Assembly: GCA_963717465.1 (NCBI GenBank)
Contig: OY970340.1
Span: 1,472,001-1,536,000 of the forward strand
DNA length: 64,000 nt
Reading direction: 5' to 3'
From: Candidatus Bathyarchaeota archaeon
GTDB taxonomy: Archaea > Thermoproteota > Bathyarchaeia > Bathyarchaeales > Bathycorpusculaceae
Both the position numbers and the translations under genes were made by a program. The notes beneath the pieces are model-generated. The model worked only from the letters and a program-made list of their open reading frames with translations, had not been told where the DNA came from and did no database searches. Positions 43,834 through 54,245 of this stretch are shown in pieces. The first letter of the stretch is position 1. Every line of letters starts with the position of its first letter.

Positions 43834-44458
43834 TCATTTGTCATGTCTAAGCTTCGGGATGAACCGTGGGGTTCGTTTCATGTATTTACGATATTCATCG
43901 CCGAATCTATCCATCAACATCGCCTCCTCCTTACTTATCTGCGCGTAAAAATTAATAGTCGTAAAAAGTGCAGGCAAAATAATGACCCAATTGGCTGCCA
44001 CAAGAGCTTAGGCTACAAAGAAGGTGAAGGCTCCCAAGTACATCGAATGTCTAACATAATGGTCTGGTCCGCTCGTCACAAGTGTCGTAGCCTTTCTATG
44101 TTGGAACTCTGATGGGTTTAGGCAGTGAACCCAGTTCTTGCCAAGTGTTCGCCAACCCATAGCGTCAATAAAATGCTCAAAGCGCACAGAACGACCATGA
44201 TTAACCTGAACCAATCAGGCAGTGGACTCGAATCCGACTGGGAAATGCGAGGAAGAGAATTATTCCCAGCCACCAGAATGGAGCAATCAAGGCACGCGTT
44301 ATGATGTACAACCGTCTTTCATGCCGAACTGGCTGGTCACTCGGTTACTTACGACTAAGCTCTCTCGTTGAATACCTTACCAATGCTAAGCCAATAACGA
44401 AAATAATCCACAGAGATGAAAAGATGACTCTGAAAATCAGTTCGTTCGTCATGTTCAT
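43834..44458 (-). pseudogene. Isoprenylcysteine carboxylmethyltransferase (Ste14/ICMT family) pseudogene
   Basis: LVTSGPDHYVRHSMYLG..*..EEAMLMDRFGDEYRKYMKRTPRFIP; in-frame TAA stops (e.g. 44008-44010) and other lesions. Confidence 0.75.
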
Positions 44459-44615
44459 GACCAGCCTTCCAACCGATGAGGACAACCCTAAGGGACAATA
44501 TCGAGGAAAAAAGCTTTGCACACATTAAAAATGCACTACAAATAACAACAACATCCGTTTTAGTGGAGGATGACAAATTTAATAAAACCGCGCGCTAGAT
44601 TTTGGCAAGTTTTAA

Positions 44616-44643
44616 ATATCACGCTTGATATCAAGCGTGATAT
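44616..44643. promoter_or_regulatory. Perfect 28-bp palindrome, likely PadR operator
   Basis: ATATCACGCTTGAT|ATCAAGCGTGATAT overlaps the end of the TTTAAATA box upstream of padR. Confidence 0.75.
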
Positions 44644-44673
44644 ATTGACAAAGTACAAGCAATCAGTGGTCTC

Positions 44674-45228
44674 ATGTCTGAAGAAGAAATTAGCAAAGGA
44701 AAACGAAAATTAAAACAGCACACCGCCAAGGTTGCCGCAGGATTCATACGTTATCATGTACTTGTTGCACTCAATGAAAAACCGCTATCTGGATCAGAAT
44801 TAATCGAAAATTTCGAGAGGAACACAGGCGGATTCTGGAAACCAAGCCCAGGCTCAATCTATCCACTTCTATCCTTCCTGCAGAATAACGGTTGCATAAG
44901 GGAATTCCCAGCTGAAAACGGCATGAAACGCTATGAACTAAACGAAAGAGGCAAAATACTACTTGAAGAACAAAAGAAAGTCATGAGTGACTTCTATGAA
45001 ACGCTTGGCATTCAAAATGCGTCGTTTAGTGATTTCATTCCACGCGAAGATACACCTGTCTTTCAGAAAGCCTATATGCGTGCCGGCAAAGTGTGGCAGC
45101 AACTAGGAAATGCACTGCAAAAAAATTATTCCAAAGAAGCATTGTATGAAGCAGTGAAAGTAATGGATGAATCTTCTGAGAAACTTGAGAGAATTGTAAA
45201 GAAAATTGTGGGTGAAAAACTTGAGTGA
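44674..45228 (+). CDS. PadR family transcriptional regulator
   Basis: L.EKP.SG.EL, WKPSPGSIYPLL, KRYEL.ERG. Confidence 0.9.
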   Translation: MSEEEISKGKRKLKQHTAKVAAGFIRYHVLVALNEKPLSGSELIENFERNTGGFWKPSPGSIYPLLSFLQNNGCIREFPAENGMKRYELNERGKILLEEQKKVMSDFYETLGIQNASFSDFIPREDTPVFQKAYMRAGKVWQQLGNALQKNYSKEALYEAVKVMDESSEKLERIVKKIVGEKLE

Positions 45229-46255
45229 AAAAAATATGATTGAAGTTGAAGGGTTAACCAAAGTCTTTAAGACTGGTCGCGATAAGAGTCTAACCGCAGT
45301 TGACCACGTTAACTTTAGTGTTAAGAAAGGGGAAATTTTTGGTCTGCTAGGTCCAAATGGAGCAGGCAAAAGCACAACACTGCGAATGCTCTCCACACTG
45401 GCTAAGCCCAGTGAGGGCAGCGCCAAGATTGGTGGCTTTGATATTGTTAAAAATGACAATGCTGTTCGAAAATTGATAGGAATTGTTTCTGAAAAAATGA
45501 TTGTATACGACCAGTTAACTGCAAAAGAAAACCTGTGGTTTTTCGGCAGTCTTTATAGACTTCCAAAAGATAAAATGAACAAGCGAATTGATGAACTTTT
45601 AGAACTTGTTAACCTTACAGAGTTTAAAAACGTTCAGTCAGGTACCTTCTCAACAGGTATGAGACAGAGAATGAATGTTATTAGGGCCCTGCTTAACGAA
45701 CCTCAAGTGCTATTCTTGGATGAACCTACTTTAGGTTTAGATCCTCAATCTTCCGTTGAAATTCGAGAGTTCATTAAAAAACTCAATAGAGACAGCGGAG
45801 TGACCATTATAGTGACGACACATATGATGGTTGATGCAGACATACTGTGCGATCGTATAGCGATTATGGATTATGGAAAGATTGTAGCTCTTGATACTTC
45901 AGCGAACTTGAAGAAAGCAACCAAGGGAGCGGATACTTTGATAATTAACATGGAAATAGCTAACTTGAACCTTGAGATGATTGACAAGGTAAAATGTATT
46001 TCAGGTGTTGACGCGGTAAATCAAGAAACCGATAATAAACTGCGCATTATTGTTCATGGCGAAAATGCTTTCGAGGAAATTCATGATAGCATACGTAACA
46101 TGAATGGCAAAATTAGCTCGATGGAGAATTTGCAGCCAACTTTGGAAGATGTTTTCTTGCATATGACAGGTCATACTGTGAGGGATAGCGTGGGTGTGAA
46201 AGCGGATATGCCGCAAAAGCGTGGGTATATGAGTGTGAGAAGAGGAATGAGGTGA
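45221..46255 (+). CDS. ABC-2/DrrA-type exporter ATP-binding subunit
   Basis: GPNGAGKST, FSTGMRQR, LDEPTLGLDP, PTLEDVF. Confidence 0.92.
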   Translation: MSEKNMIEVEGLTKVFKTGRDKSLTAVDHVNFSVKKGEIFGLLGPNGAGKSTTLRMLSTLAKPSEGSAKIGGFDIVKNDNAVRKLIGIVSEKMIVYDQLTAKENLWFFGSLYRLPKDKMNKRIDELLELVNLTEFKNVQSGTFSTGMRQRMNVIRALLNEPQVLFLDEPTLGLDPQSSVEIREFIKKLNRDSGVTIIVTTHMMVDADILCDRIAIMDYGKIVALDTSANLKKATKGADTLIINMEIANLNLEMIDKVKCISGVDAVNQETDNKLRIIVHGENAFEEIHDSIRNMNGKISSMENLQPTLEDVFLHMTGHTVRDSVGVKADMPQKRGYMSVRRGMR

Positions 46256-47493
46256 AAAACATGACGGTAATAACAGTTTTAGAAAATAGTTTAAGGATTG
46301 CTTGGAAGGACATTAGAGCGATGAGTCGAATGAAGGGAGTAATGGTGATGCTTATTCTTATGCCGATATTTATGATGGTTATGGTTGGCTTCATTTATCC
46401 AAGCGGCAGTTCCGTTGATATGAGTAGCTTAAAAGTTCAAGTTATCAACCAAGATATAGGATACAATAATGTTAGTTTAAGCGGGATTTTTACTTCAGCC
46501 TTTACTGTAGCTAATAATAATAGTACTAAAATGCAATTATTCACTGGTGCTAATGGCACAAATGAAGATACACTTAAGGACAGCATTAAGCAAGGTGATT
46601 TTGATGCAGGCATTATTATTCCTGAGAATTTCACCTATTGTATCCTGACTAAGCAGAAAGTAAACATAACTGTCATTACAGATAATTCTAATCCGCAAAT
46701 CAGTCAATATTCTAGTGCCGCGTTGCAAGGATTAGTGGGAGCTGGCTGGGAAGGACTGATGATTGCACCAACTGTGAATCAGCAAATTGCACAGTTGTTC
46801 AGTTATTACAATCTGACAGACCCTAATGCAGGGTATTACATGGCACCTTATGCAGTCGCTTCAAGTGGTGTTGTAGGTGGTGCTAACACAAACTACTTCG
46901 AATTTATTGCTCCTGCCATGATAATGATGACTGTAATGTTCAGTGTAATGACTAATCTGCCGCAAGCTATAACTCATGAAAGAGAATTGGGCACGTTAGA
47001 TGGCATTATGGTTGCTCCGATTAATAGACTTTCAATTATAGTTGGAAAAACATTGTCTTCACTTGTGTATGGCTTAATTCAGGGCTTAATAATAATGGCA
47101 TTATCAATAGGTTTATTCGGAGTTACCATACAGGGAAACATTTTGCTCGTATTTGGTTTACTGTTTCTTGGCGTTTTCAGCTTTGTAGGATTAGGTATAG
47201 CTTTAACTTCACTTGCAAAAGATCAGCAGACAGCCTCAATGATAATGATGACATTGACATTCCCGATGATGATTCTCAGTGGCATATTCTTCCCGATAAA
47301 AATGATGCCACAATTCATGCAATATATCAGTGATTGCCTGCCGTTAACTTACGCTGCGGATGCCATGAGGAAAGTTATGGTGTTAGGTGCAAATGTTTCA
47401 CAGATATCAACAGACCTGATCGTGCTAATTGTGTTCGGCATAGTTATGCTCGTAATCGCAGTGCCAATATTTAGAAGGATGATGACAAGATAA
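46252..47493 (+). CDS. ABC-2 exporter permease
   Basis: ERELGTLDGIMVAP, LSGIFFP, PLTYAADAMR. Confidence 0.9.
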   Translation: MKNMTVITVLENSLRIAWKDIRAMSRMKGVMVMLILMPIFMMVMVGFIYPSGSSVDMSSLKVQVINQDIGYNNVSLSGIFTSAFTVANNNSTKMQLFTGANGTNEDTLKDSIKQGDFDAGIIIPENFTYCILTKQKVNITVITDNSNPQISQYSSAALQGLVGAGWEGLMIAPTVNQQIAQLFSYYNLTDPNAGYYMAPYAVASSGVVGGANTNYFEFIAPAMIMMTVMFSVMTNLPQAITHERELGTLDGIMVAPINRLSIIVGKTLSSLVYGLIQGLIIMALSIGLFGVTIQGNILLVFGLLFLGVFSFVGLGIALTSLAKDQQTASMIMMTLTFPMMILSGIFFPIKMMPQFMQYISDCLPLTYAADAMRKVMVLGANVSQISTDLIVLIVFGIVMLVIAVPIFRRMMTR

Positions 47494-47919
47494 ACTAGAA
47501 AGGCAGCTACATGCAAGCAACATTTTAAATTTCTTTTTTTTATTTCTTTCCGTACCATTAAAACTCGCGAGCACTATCGAGCTTTTTTCTTATGGTACGT
47601 CTAACTTTTGCTAACACGCGCGGCGCTCGTTAGCTGCAGAATTATAGGTTTTTACTAAACTATGCATTTCTGAATTATTTTAACCGGTTACTCTTTTTTC
47701 TTACTTTTTCCTAGAACCTGTTCCTCGCACTCTTGTTTAGCACCATTTTACGATTGTTTAAGCCTTTATCGATTTGCATTCGCCGCTAATCTGAACCATA
47801 AAGAACAAGTCGAAGCTATTATTGATTAAGAAAATTGAGATAGTCATGTAGTGCTATTTAATAAAGGCAAGCAAGCAAATCAAGATACTAATTATTAAGC
47901 AAAAAAGTTGGTAGTTTAT

Positions 47920-50484
47920 TTAGACGGGTTTTCCCCCGTCGGTAGCTTTGGCAACTGGAGCAACAGGTTTTGCCACAGCTTGGTCGGCTGGTTTAGCTGC
48001 TGGGGCTGCTGCTGGAGCTGGGGCTGCTTTGCGTTTTAGCATGTTCTCTAGTGTTGGTTTAAGTTTTGCGTTTTCGGCTTTGATTTTGTCTTTTCCCAGT
48101 GTCTTAATTTGCTCGGTCATTTCCTTAACTATATCGGCGAATTTCGGTCCTTCAGCTGATGAAACATAATCAACCCTGAGTCTTTCTGGGCTCAACCCGA
48201 GCTTTTGAAGCATGCCAGATAAGGCATCCATGCGTGCTTTCATCTTTACGTTTCCAGAGATATAATGGCAATCGCTGGGAAGATGGCAAGCGGCAATCAG
48301 TACCCCTGCTGCTCCTAACCTAAATGCTTCCATAACGAAGTCCTTGTCCACTCGTCCAGTACACATTACTCGAATAGACCGTGTCATTGGCGGGTATTCA
48401 AGCCGGCTCGTCCCTGCACGGTCCGCGCCGGCGTAACCTCACCAGTTACACATAAACGTCAGTATCTTATCTTCCGGGTCTTTTTCTAGCGCACCCCTGA
48501 TTTGTGAGAATATTTGTTCATCCGTAAAGTGCATCTGAGTTAAAGCATCTTGCGGGCATTCTGCAACACATGTTCCACAACCGTGGCACATAGCCGCATT
48601 GATCTGGGCTGGTTGTCCCGGATTCGCAGTTATGGCTCCAAAGGGGCAGCTTTTTACGCATATTCCGCATTTTGCTTTTGCGTTTCTGCACTTGGCTACG
48701 TCAACTATCGAGACGATGGGTTCTATCAACCATTTGGGTTGAGAAAGGATGGTTGCAGCTCGTGCTGCTGCGCCGCTTCCTTGTGATACGCTGTAGGGTA
48801 TGTCTTTTGGTCCTTGGGCAGCGCCTGCTATGAATACTCCATCCATAGGTGTATCGATTGGTTTGAGTTTTGGGTGGCTTTCCATGAAGAACCCGTCTGA
48901 TCCTCGCGTTATGTGGAGGATGCTGGCTAATTCTTGGGCTCCTTTGCTGGGTATTGCGGCTGTGCTTAACACAACGAGTTCCGTTTCGAGATCGAGGGGT
49001 AGTCCCAGCGCCATGTCTTCTGCTCGTACAATCAAGTTTTTGGTCTTTGTGTCTTCAATTATGTTGGATGCTTTTCCCCTGATGAAGTTGATTCCCATTT
49101 CACGGGCTCTTCGATAGAATTCTTCGTAGCCTTTGAAGGGAGTTCGCATATCCATGTAGAGAATGTAGACTTCCACATCATCATGGTAATGTTCTTTCAG
49201 AAGGATGGCTTCTTTGAGCCCATACATGCAGCAGAAACCTGAACAGTACTCGAACTTGTTTATGTCCCGTGAACCGACGCAATTAATGAAAGTGACGCTT
49301 TTCGGTTTCTTTCCATTGGACGGGCGGATCATGTGTCCACTTGTTGGGCCGCCTGCTGTGATAAGTCTCTCAAACTCCAAAGCTGTAATTACGTTATCGT
49401 ATTTTCCATAGCCGTACCTGGCGTCGTCATAAGGCATATAAAAGTCGCAACCGGTTGTTACGATGATTGCTCCAACTTCCAATTCAACTTCTTCCGGCTT
49501 CTGATCAAAATTGATAGCTTCACGTGCACCACAAGCATCAACGCATTTGAAGCACTCTATGCAGTAATCCCTGTTTATTGAGTAGATAAGAGGCACTGCC
49601 TGATCAAACGGAATGGAGATAGCTTTTCTTAAACCTAAATTCATCTCAAACTCATTAGGATACTCTATTGGGCAAGCATCTCTGCATTCACCACAACCAG
49701 TACATTTTCCAGCCATAACGTACCTTGGGTTCTTGCGAACCTTCACTCTGAAATTGCCCACAAACCCCTCCACGTTGAGGACGTCCGCATTGGATATTAC
49801 TTGGACCTTAGGATGGCGATATACTTCCACCATCCTAGGTCCTTCTATTCATATGCTGCAGTCTAAAGTGGGAAAAGTCTTGTCGAGTTGTGCCATGTGA
49901 CCTCCTATGCTCGTGTTCTTCTCGACAAGGTATACTTGGAACCCCATGTTCGCCAAATCAAGAGCGGATTGGATGCCGGAAATGCCTCCGCCGATAACCA
50001 AGGCGTTTTTTGTCACCGGCACCTCCATGGTTTCAAGAGGCGCAAGTAACCTCGCTTTGGCAACAGCCATCCTTACAATGTCTTTTGCTTTTTCCGTGGC
50101 TTCTTTCGGAGTGCTGGGATGGCACCACGAAGAGAATTCACGTATGTTGGCCATTTCAAAAACATAAGGATTTAACCCTGCTTCACTTACGGTTTTCCGA
50201 AATGTTGGCTCATGCATTCTTGGGCTGCAAGCGGCTACAACGACGCGGTTTAGTTTGTGTTCTTTTATTGCTTTTCTGATTTCTTCTTGTCCGGGGTCGG
50301 CGCATGTGTAACGGTTCTCTTTAACTAAAACAACGTCAGGTATCGTTTTAGCGTATTCGACTACTTGTTTAATGTCAATTGTGCCAGCGATGTTTAAGCC
50401 GCAGTGGCAAACAAAAACTCCCACTCGTAAAGGTTCTGGTTGTTTGGCGGATTCAATTGGTTTCTGTGTTTCTTTATTGCTCAT
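47920..50484 (-). CDS. hdrA: HdrA-MvhD fusion, putative selenoprotein (854 aa; in-frame TGA at codons 212 and 682)
   Basis: ORFs 49849-50484, 48439-49833 and 47920-48387 share one frame; TLDCSI[TGA]IEGP and CNW[TGA]GYAGAD align to Cys codons of the paralog at 30371-32902. Confidence 0.85.
48402..48432 (-). promoter_or_regulatory. Candidate in-CDS SECIS hairpin for the MvhD-domain UGA
   Basis: GCCGGC-G-CG-GA-CC-[GUGCA]-GG-GA-CG-A-GCCGGC, starting 6 nt 3' of the UGA (48439-48441). Confidence 0.6.
49803..49842 (-). promoter_or_regulatory. Candidate in-CDS SECIS hairpin for the HdrA-domain UGA
   Basis: GGACCUAGGAUGGUG-[GAAGUAUAU]-CGCCAUCCUAAGGUCC, 15 bp with one bulged A, starting 6 nt 3' of the UGA (49849-49851). 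Confidence 0.72.
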
Positions 50485-51416
50485 TTTGAAACCTCTTCAA
50501 CAAATAATCTTCTTTCTACTGCTTCCTTTCTTTTCGAGGCAGCAGCAGCTTTCAATTCTTTAATAGCCTCAACAGGTGAAGTAAGCCTTTCTAAGGATTT
50601 ATTCCATGTCCCTGAATGAATTGGAGTATGGTATATTTTGGTTCTTTTTAACCTTAGGGCTTCATCAACAGGACAAACCACTTTGCACGCACCGCAGAAA
50701 TCGCAAAAAACATCGTTCACATGAACTTTTTTATCCTCGCCAAGCGTTAAGGCTCCTGGTATGGGGCAGACGTCAAGGCAATCTCTGCAACCTTCAGGGC
50801 ATTTCTCCTGATCAATCTCTAATTATCCCTTCAATGCACTTTTTAACTTTAATCACTCCCGGTGCACATTTGAACTCGCAAACTCTGCAGGTTGGGCAAT
50901 ACTCTTTTTGAATGTCAAGGTTAACTCGCACATGTTTTTTTTCGTGTGGTGGCAATACATCTAGATTTTCCATTAGTTTGCCGTCGGATCAGTTTTTATA
51001 ACTTTAATTAAAGATAGAGGACATGCGCTTTCACACTCGACGCATTCCTTTGGGCACTGACGTGAATTTACCGTAATATCGCGGATGAGTGATGGATAGC
51101 TTTCTTTTGACAACACAGCAAGATCATGCTTGCCATTTAACGTCACTTTAATAGCTCCATATGGACAGGTGACGTCGCAAATACCGCAAAAACTGCATTT
51201 CGCTAAGTCAATGTCGACTTTGGCTTTCTTTGTTTTTTCTCCCTGCACCTTTGGTTGCTTTTCGAGTGTTATTACACCTTTTGGGCAGGCTAAACTGCAT
51301 ATTTGGCAGCCTACACACCGCTTTTTATCTAACATTAGCTTGAGATCCTTTACTGGCAAAATCCACTCTAAAGTTAAAGAATCTGCGGAGTTTTTCTTTA
51401 TTGTTTTTAAAGGCAC
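50481..51416 (-). CDS. Polyferredoxin (FwdF/MvhB-like), frameshifted; stop overlaps the start of the TGA-containing hdrA
   Basis: Six CxxCxxCxxxCP-type motifs across the frames. Confidence 0.8.
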
Positions 51417-51604
51417 TTACTTTAATCCTCCAATCGATTGTTTGCTCGTAACGGGTGCTCGCATTTGTTCGCAAACACCAACCAAACAGCAAGTCATTCG
51501 AACATCCCGCGCAGTTTTTAAGGGAAGTATTTTAGAATATAAATATTCCTTGCGGTAACATTGATTCCGCATGACTGCAAAAGAAACTCCGGTATCCTAA
51601 TTTT

Positions 51605-52158
51605 CTAGTTTCTAATGCATACCGCAATATAACATTTTAAAAATTCTTCATCAAAAAACTGGACAATACTTAAGCTTGAATTTTTCAACATATCTATAAA
51701 TTCCAATTGGGTGAACGCTTTCTTTAATCCAGTAACCACAAATCTGCCATTTTGCACGGTAACACGTTTCAACTCGTTTAAAGTTTCAGTTGGTTTAGGC
51801 ATGTTTTGAAGTACAGTAAAAGCGAAAACCTCACTGAATAACGTGTTTTTGAACGGCAAAAAGTCTGCATCAGCCAACAACAAGTGAACATTGTTAGCTT
51901 TTCGGGTTTTTTTTTTTGCTTGAAGAAGCAACATGCGAGAAATATCAGCGCCAACAACTATTTCTGGCAAATCAACGTATCTGAAAAATAAGCCTGAGCC
52001 GCATCCAACATCCAAAACCACACTTTTCTTACTAAATTAATGTTGACTAACGCTTTTTTGTATTTAGCATCTTGTTCATCAGCATATCTTTCCTCGTACA
52101 TTTGAGCAGTTAAATCATACCGATGCATTATCTGGCGTTTTTTACTCCAACTCGTCAC
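51605..52158 (-). CDS. Class I SAM-dependent methyltransferase (frameshift near 52030)
   Basis: YD.TA..YEERY, VLDVGCGSG, ADADFLPF. Confidence 0.8.
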
Positions 52159-52224
52159 GGGTTTTCCTTCAAGAAATCTTATGTACCAATGAACCATTTA
52201 AAATACTCTTGGCTGAAAAACATC

Positions 52225-53001
52225 TTGCAAGAAAACAAGCTAGCAGTATTAACAGAACCAACTCTTACAGTGGCTAAGTCGCTGATTGAAAAAGCATTTC
52301 TTCAAAGAAGAACCATAATAATTGCAGGTTTATGCCAGGTAAATTATTCTGGAAGGGCAAATTCAACGCTTGAACTGGGTGAACGCATACTAATCATCAA
52401 AGCGGATGGTTCACTTCTCGTCCACAGGCCAGTCGGCTATGAACCTGTAAATTGGCAGCCTTCAGGAAGCGTCTTTCACACGCAAATAAAAGAAAACTGC
52501 CTTGAAGTGAATGCGGCAAGACAGAAACCTCGAGAAAACGTAAAAATCAAATTCTCAAGCATCCTTTTAGTTTCCGCCCTTAAGCTTTTGGACGCTGGAG
52601 AATTTGTTCTAAACGCAAGCGAAGAAGACATGCACAAAGCAATACTGATCAAAGCCTGCGCTTATTGAGGATGGCTTTAAACCGATCAGCTACGAGAAAA
52701 AAGTTGAACCAGGCTTTATGGATGTTTACGGCGAAGATAAAAACGGAAAACTTGTAGTGATTGAGGTTAAAAGGAAAACAGCTGGAAAAGACGCTGCCCT
52801 GCAACTTGCAAGGTACATTGACGCTTAAAGCTTAAGGCTAACCGGGAAATTCGAGGAATTCTTGCTGCGCCAAACCTTGGCAAAGATGTTCAGCGGCTTC
52901 TTTTCACATTGGGATTAGAGTTTAAAACGTTAGAGCCAAAAAAATGTGCTGAAGTTCTAAAAAAAGCTGGAACAGCTAAACTGGAAAAGTTCTTTCAATA
53001 A
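52225..53001 (+). CDS. nucS: Endonuclease NucS/EndoMS (frameshifts)
   Basis: C.V.YSGRA.STLE.GER..IIKADGS.LVH..PVNWQP; later DVYGED..VVIEVKR..QL.RY. Confidence 0.88.
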
Positions 53002-53076
53002 CGACAAATAAAAACTCAGAGGATTGGAAGTAAGATTAACACTTAGTAGCATAAAACTCAGCGTGAATCTGTGTTT

Positions 53077-53464
53077 TTAGAGTAGAGTTACTTTTACTTC
53101 CTGGATTTGCTTGTTTGCTTTTAGAGCTGTGATGAATGTTTGCATGGTTTGTGCGTCTCCTTTTGCTATAATGATTTCTATGCAATAGCCTTCCTCTATG
53201 TGAGTGTGCAGAAATGTAAGGACTATGTCGCCATACTCGATGTTGTGTGTCTACAATTTGGCTTCGCTTTGAACCTTTTTGGTAAATTATTGTTATCGTG
53301 GCAATGATTTTTCCTTTGTGCTCAGCCAAGTTTTTTGCCTCAGATATGTAAACCCGTAACGCTTGGCGTGTGATTTCTGAACGATTTTGGTAGCCTTGCT
53401 CTTTTATGTACTGGTCAACTTTTTCCAGTAAGTTATCAGGAATTGATATGCTAATAATGGTCAT
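53077..53464 (-). CDS. nikR: NikR-like RHH regulator (frameshift)
   Basis: IISISIP..LL...D......GYQNRSEI.RQA; shifted frame gives FLHTHIEEGYCIEII. Confidence 0.75.
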
Positions 53465-53686
53465 GTTACTAACTTTAAGCGTTTAAGTATATAAATTTAT
53501 TAACATTTTAGAAAAATTTAATAATAATTGCACGATAGTGTTTTATTGGATTCTCCATGTGGAGCATTTTCAATCCGAGTTTGCCTTTACAGATTCAATG
53601 GCCGTTTTAGCCAGCACTATTATTTTTGCAATTCCAATAATTATTTATTAATTGGAAATAAAGATATCAAAATAGGCGAATTAAAA

Positions 53687-54118
53687 ATGAAAAGATACAC
53701 TGGCAAAACATCCACTGCAATAATCCCCTATTCTGAAGATAAAATTGTACTGATAAAAAGGAACACAGTTCCATTCAAGGGATATTGGGCTCTACCCGGC
53801 GGACGTGTAGATCCTGGAGAGACAGTTGATCAAACAGTCGTTCGTGAAGTTAAAGAAGAAACAGGTTTAGACGTTACAGTTGTCTCTGCAATAGGCGAGT
53901 ATGTAGAGAAAGGCATCATGGATGATGTTGATTACGAGTACTATCCAACCTGTTTTTTAGTCAAAGTTGTGGGTGGCAAATTGGAGCGGCAGGAAAGTGA
54001 AATTCAGGAAATCCAGCTTTTCAGCATAAGAGCGCTTCCAAATCCTCTGGCGTTTGAGCATGACAAGATGATTAAAGACTATTTGACATTTCTGAGAAAA
54101 AAATACGGTTGCTTCTAG
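53687..54118 (+). CDS. NUDIX hydrolase
   Basis: WALPGGRVDPGETVDQTVVREVKEETG, LAFEH. Confidence 0.92.
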   Translation: MKRYTGKTSTAIIPYSEDKIVLIKRNTVPFKGYWALPGGRVDPGETVDQTVVREVKEETGLDVTVVSAIGEYVEKGIMDDVDYEYYPTCFLVKVVGGKLERQESEIQEIQLFSIRALPNPLAFEHDKMIKDYLTFLRKKYGCF

Positions 54119-54245
54119 ATTATCGCCCTAAATGACAAAAGACAACAGTATCGCCTCTGAAATTCAGGCTAATTAAGAAAGATCAATTTTTGATTTATTG
54201 AGCAGTCTACAATATTTAATAGATTGAAAAAGCTCATTTTTAATT

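Noticed and set aside
47494..47919. Canonical 3'-UTR SECIS for the TGA-containing hdrA (hairpins at about 47551-47599 and 47610-47634)
   Set aside because: A U-rich terminator-like tract follows the stop within about 20 nt. By eye these hairpins lack the archaeal GAA/A bulge and the AUGA/GA kink-turn. Not excluded computationally.
47923..47980. Hairpins in the Ala/Pro-rich C-terminal tail of hdrA (GACGGG/CCCGTC; AGCTGTGGCAA/TTGCCAAAGCT)
   Set aside because: No SECIS consensus; could arise from repetitive codons or act in termination.
48439..49851. Reading the second hdrA as a pseudogene or as a global TGA reassignment
   Set aside because: Both stops fall on Cys codons of the paralog and the rest of the frame is intact; TGA ends other genes normally.
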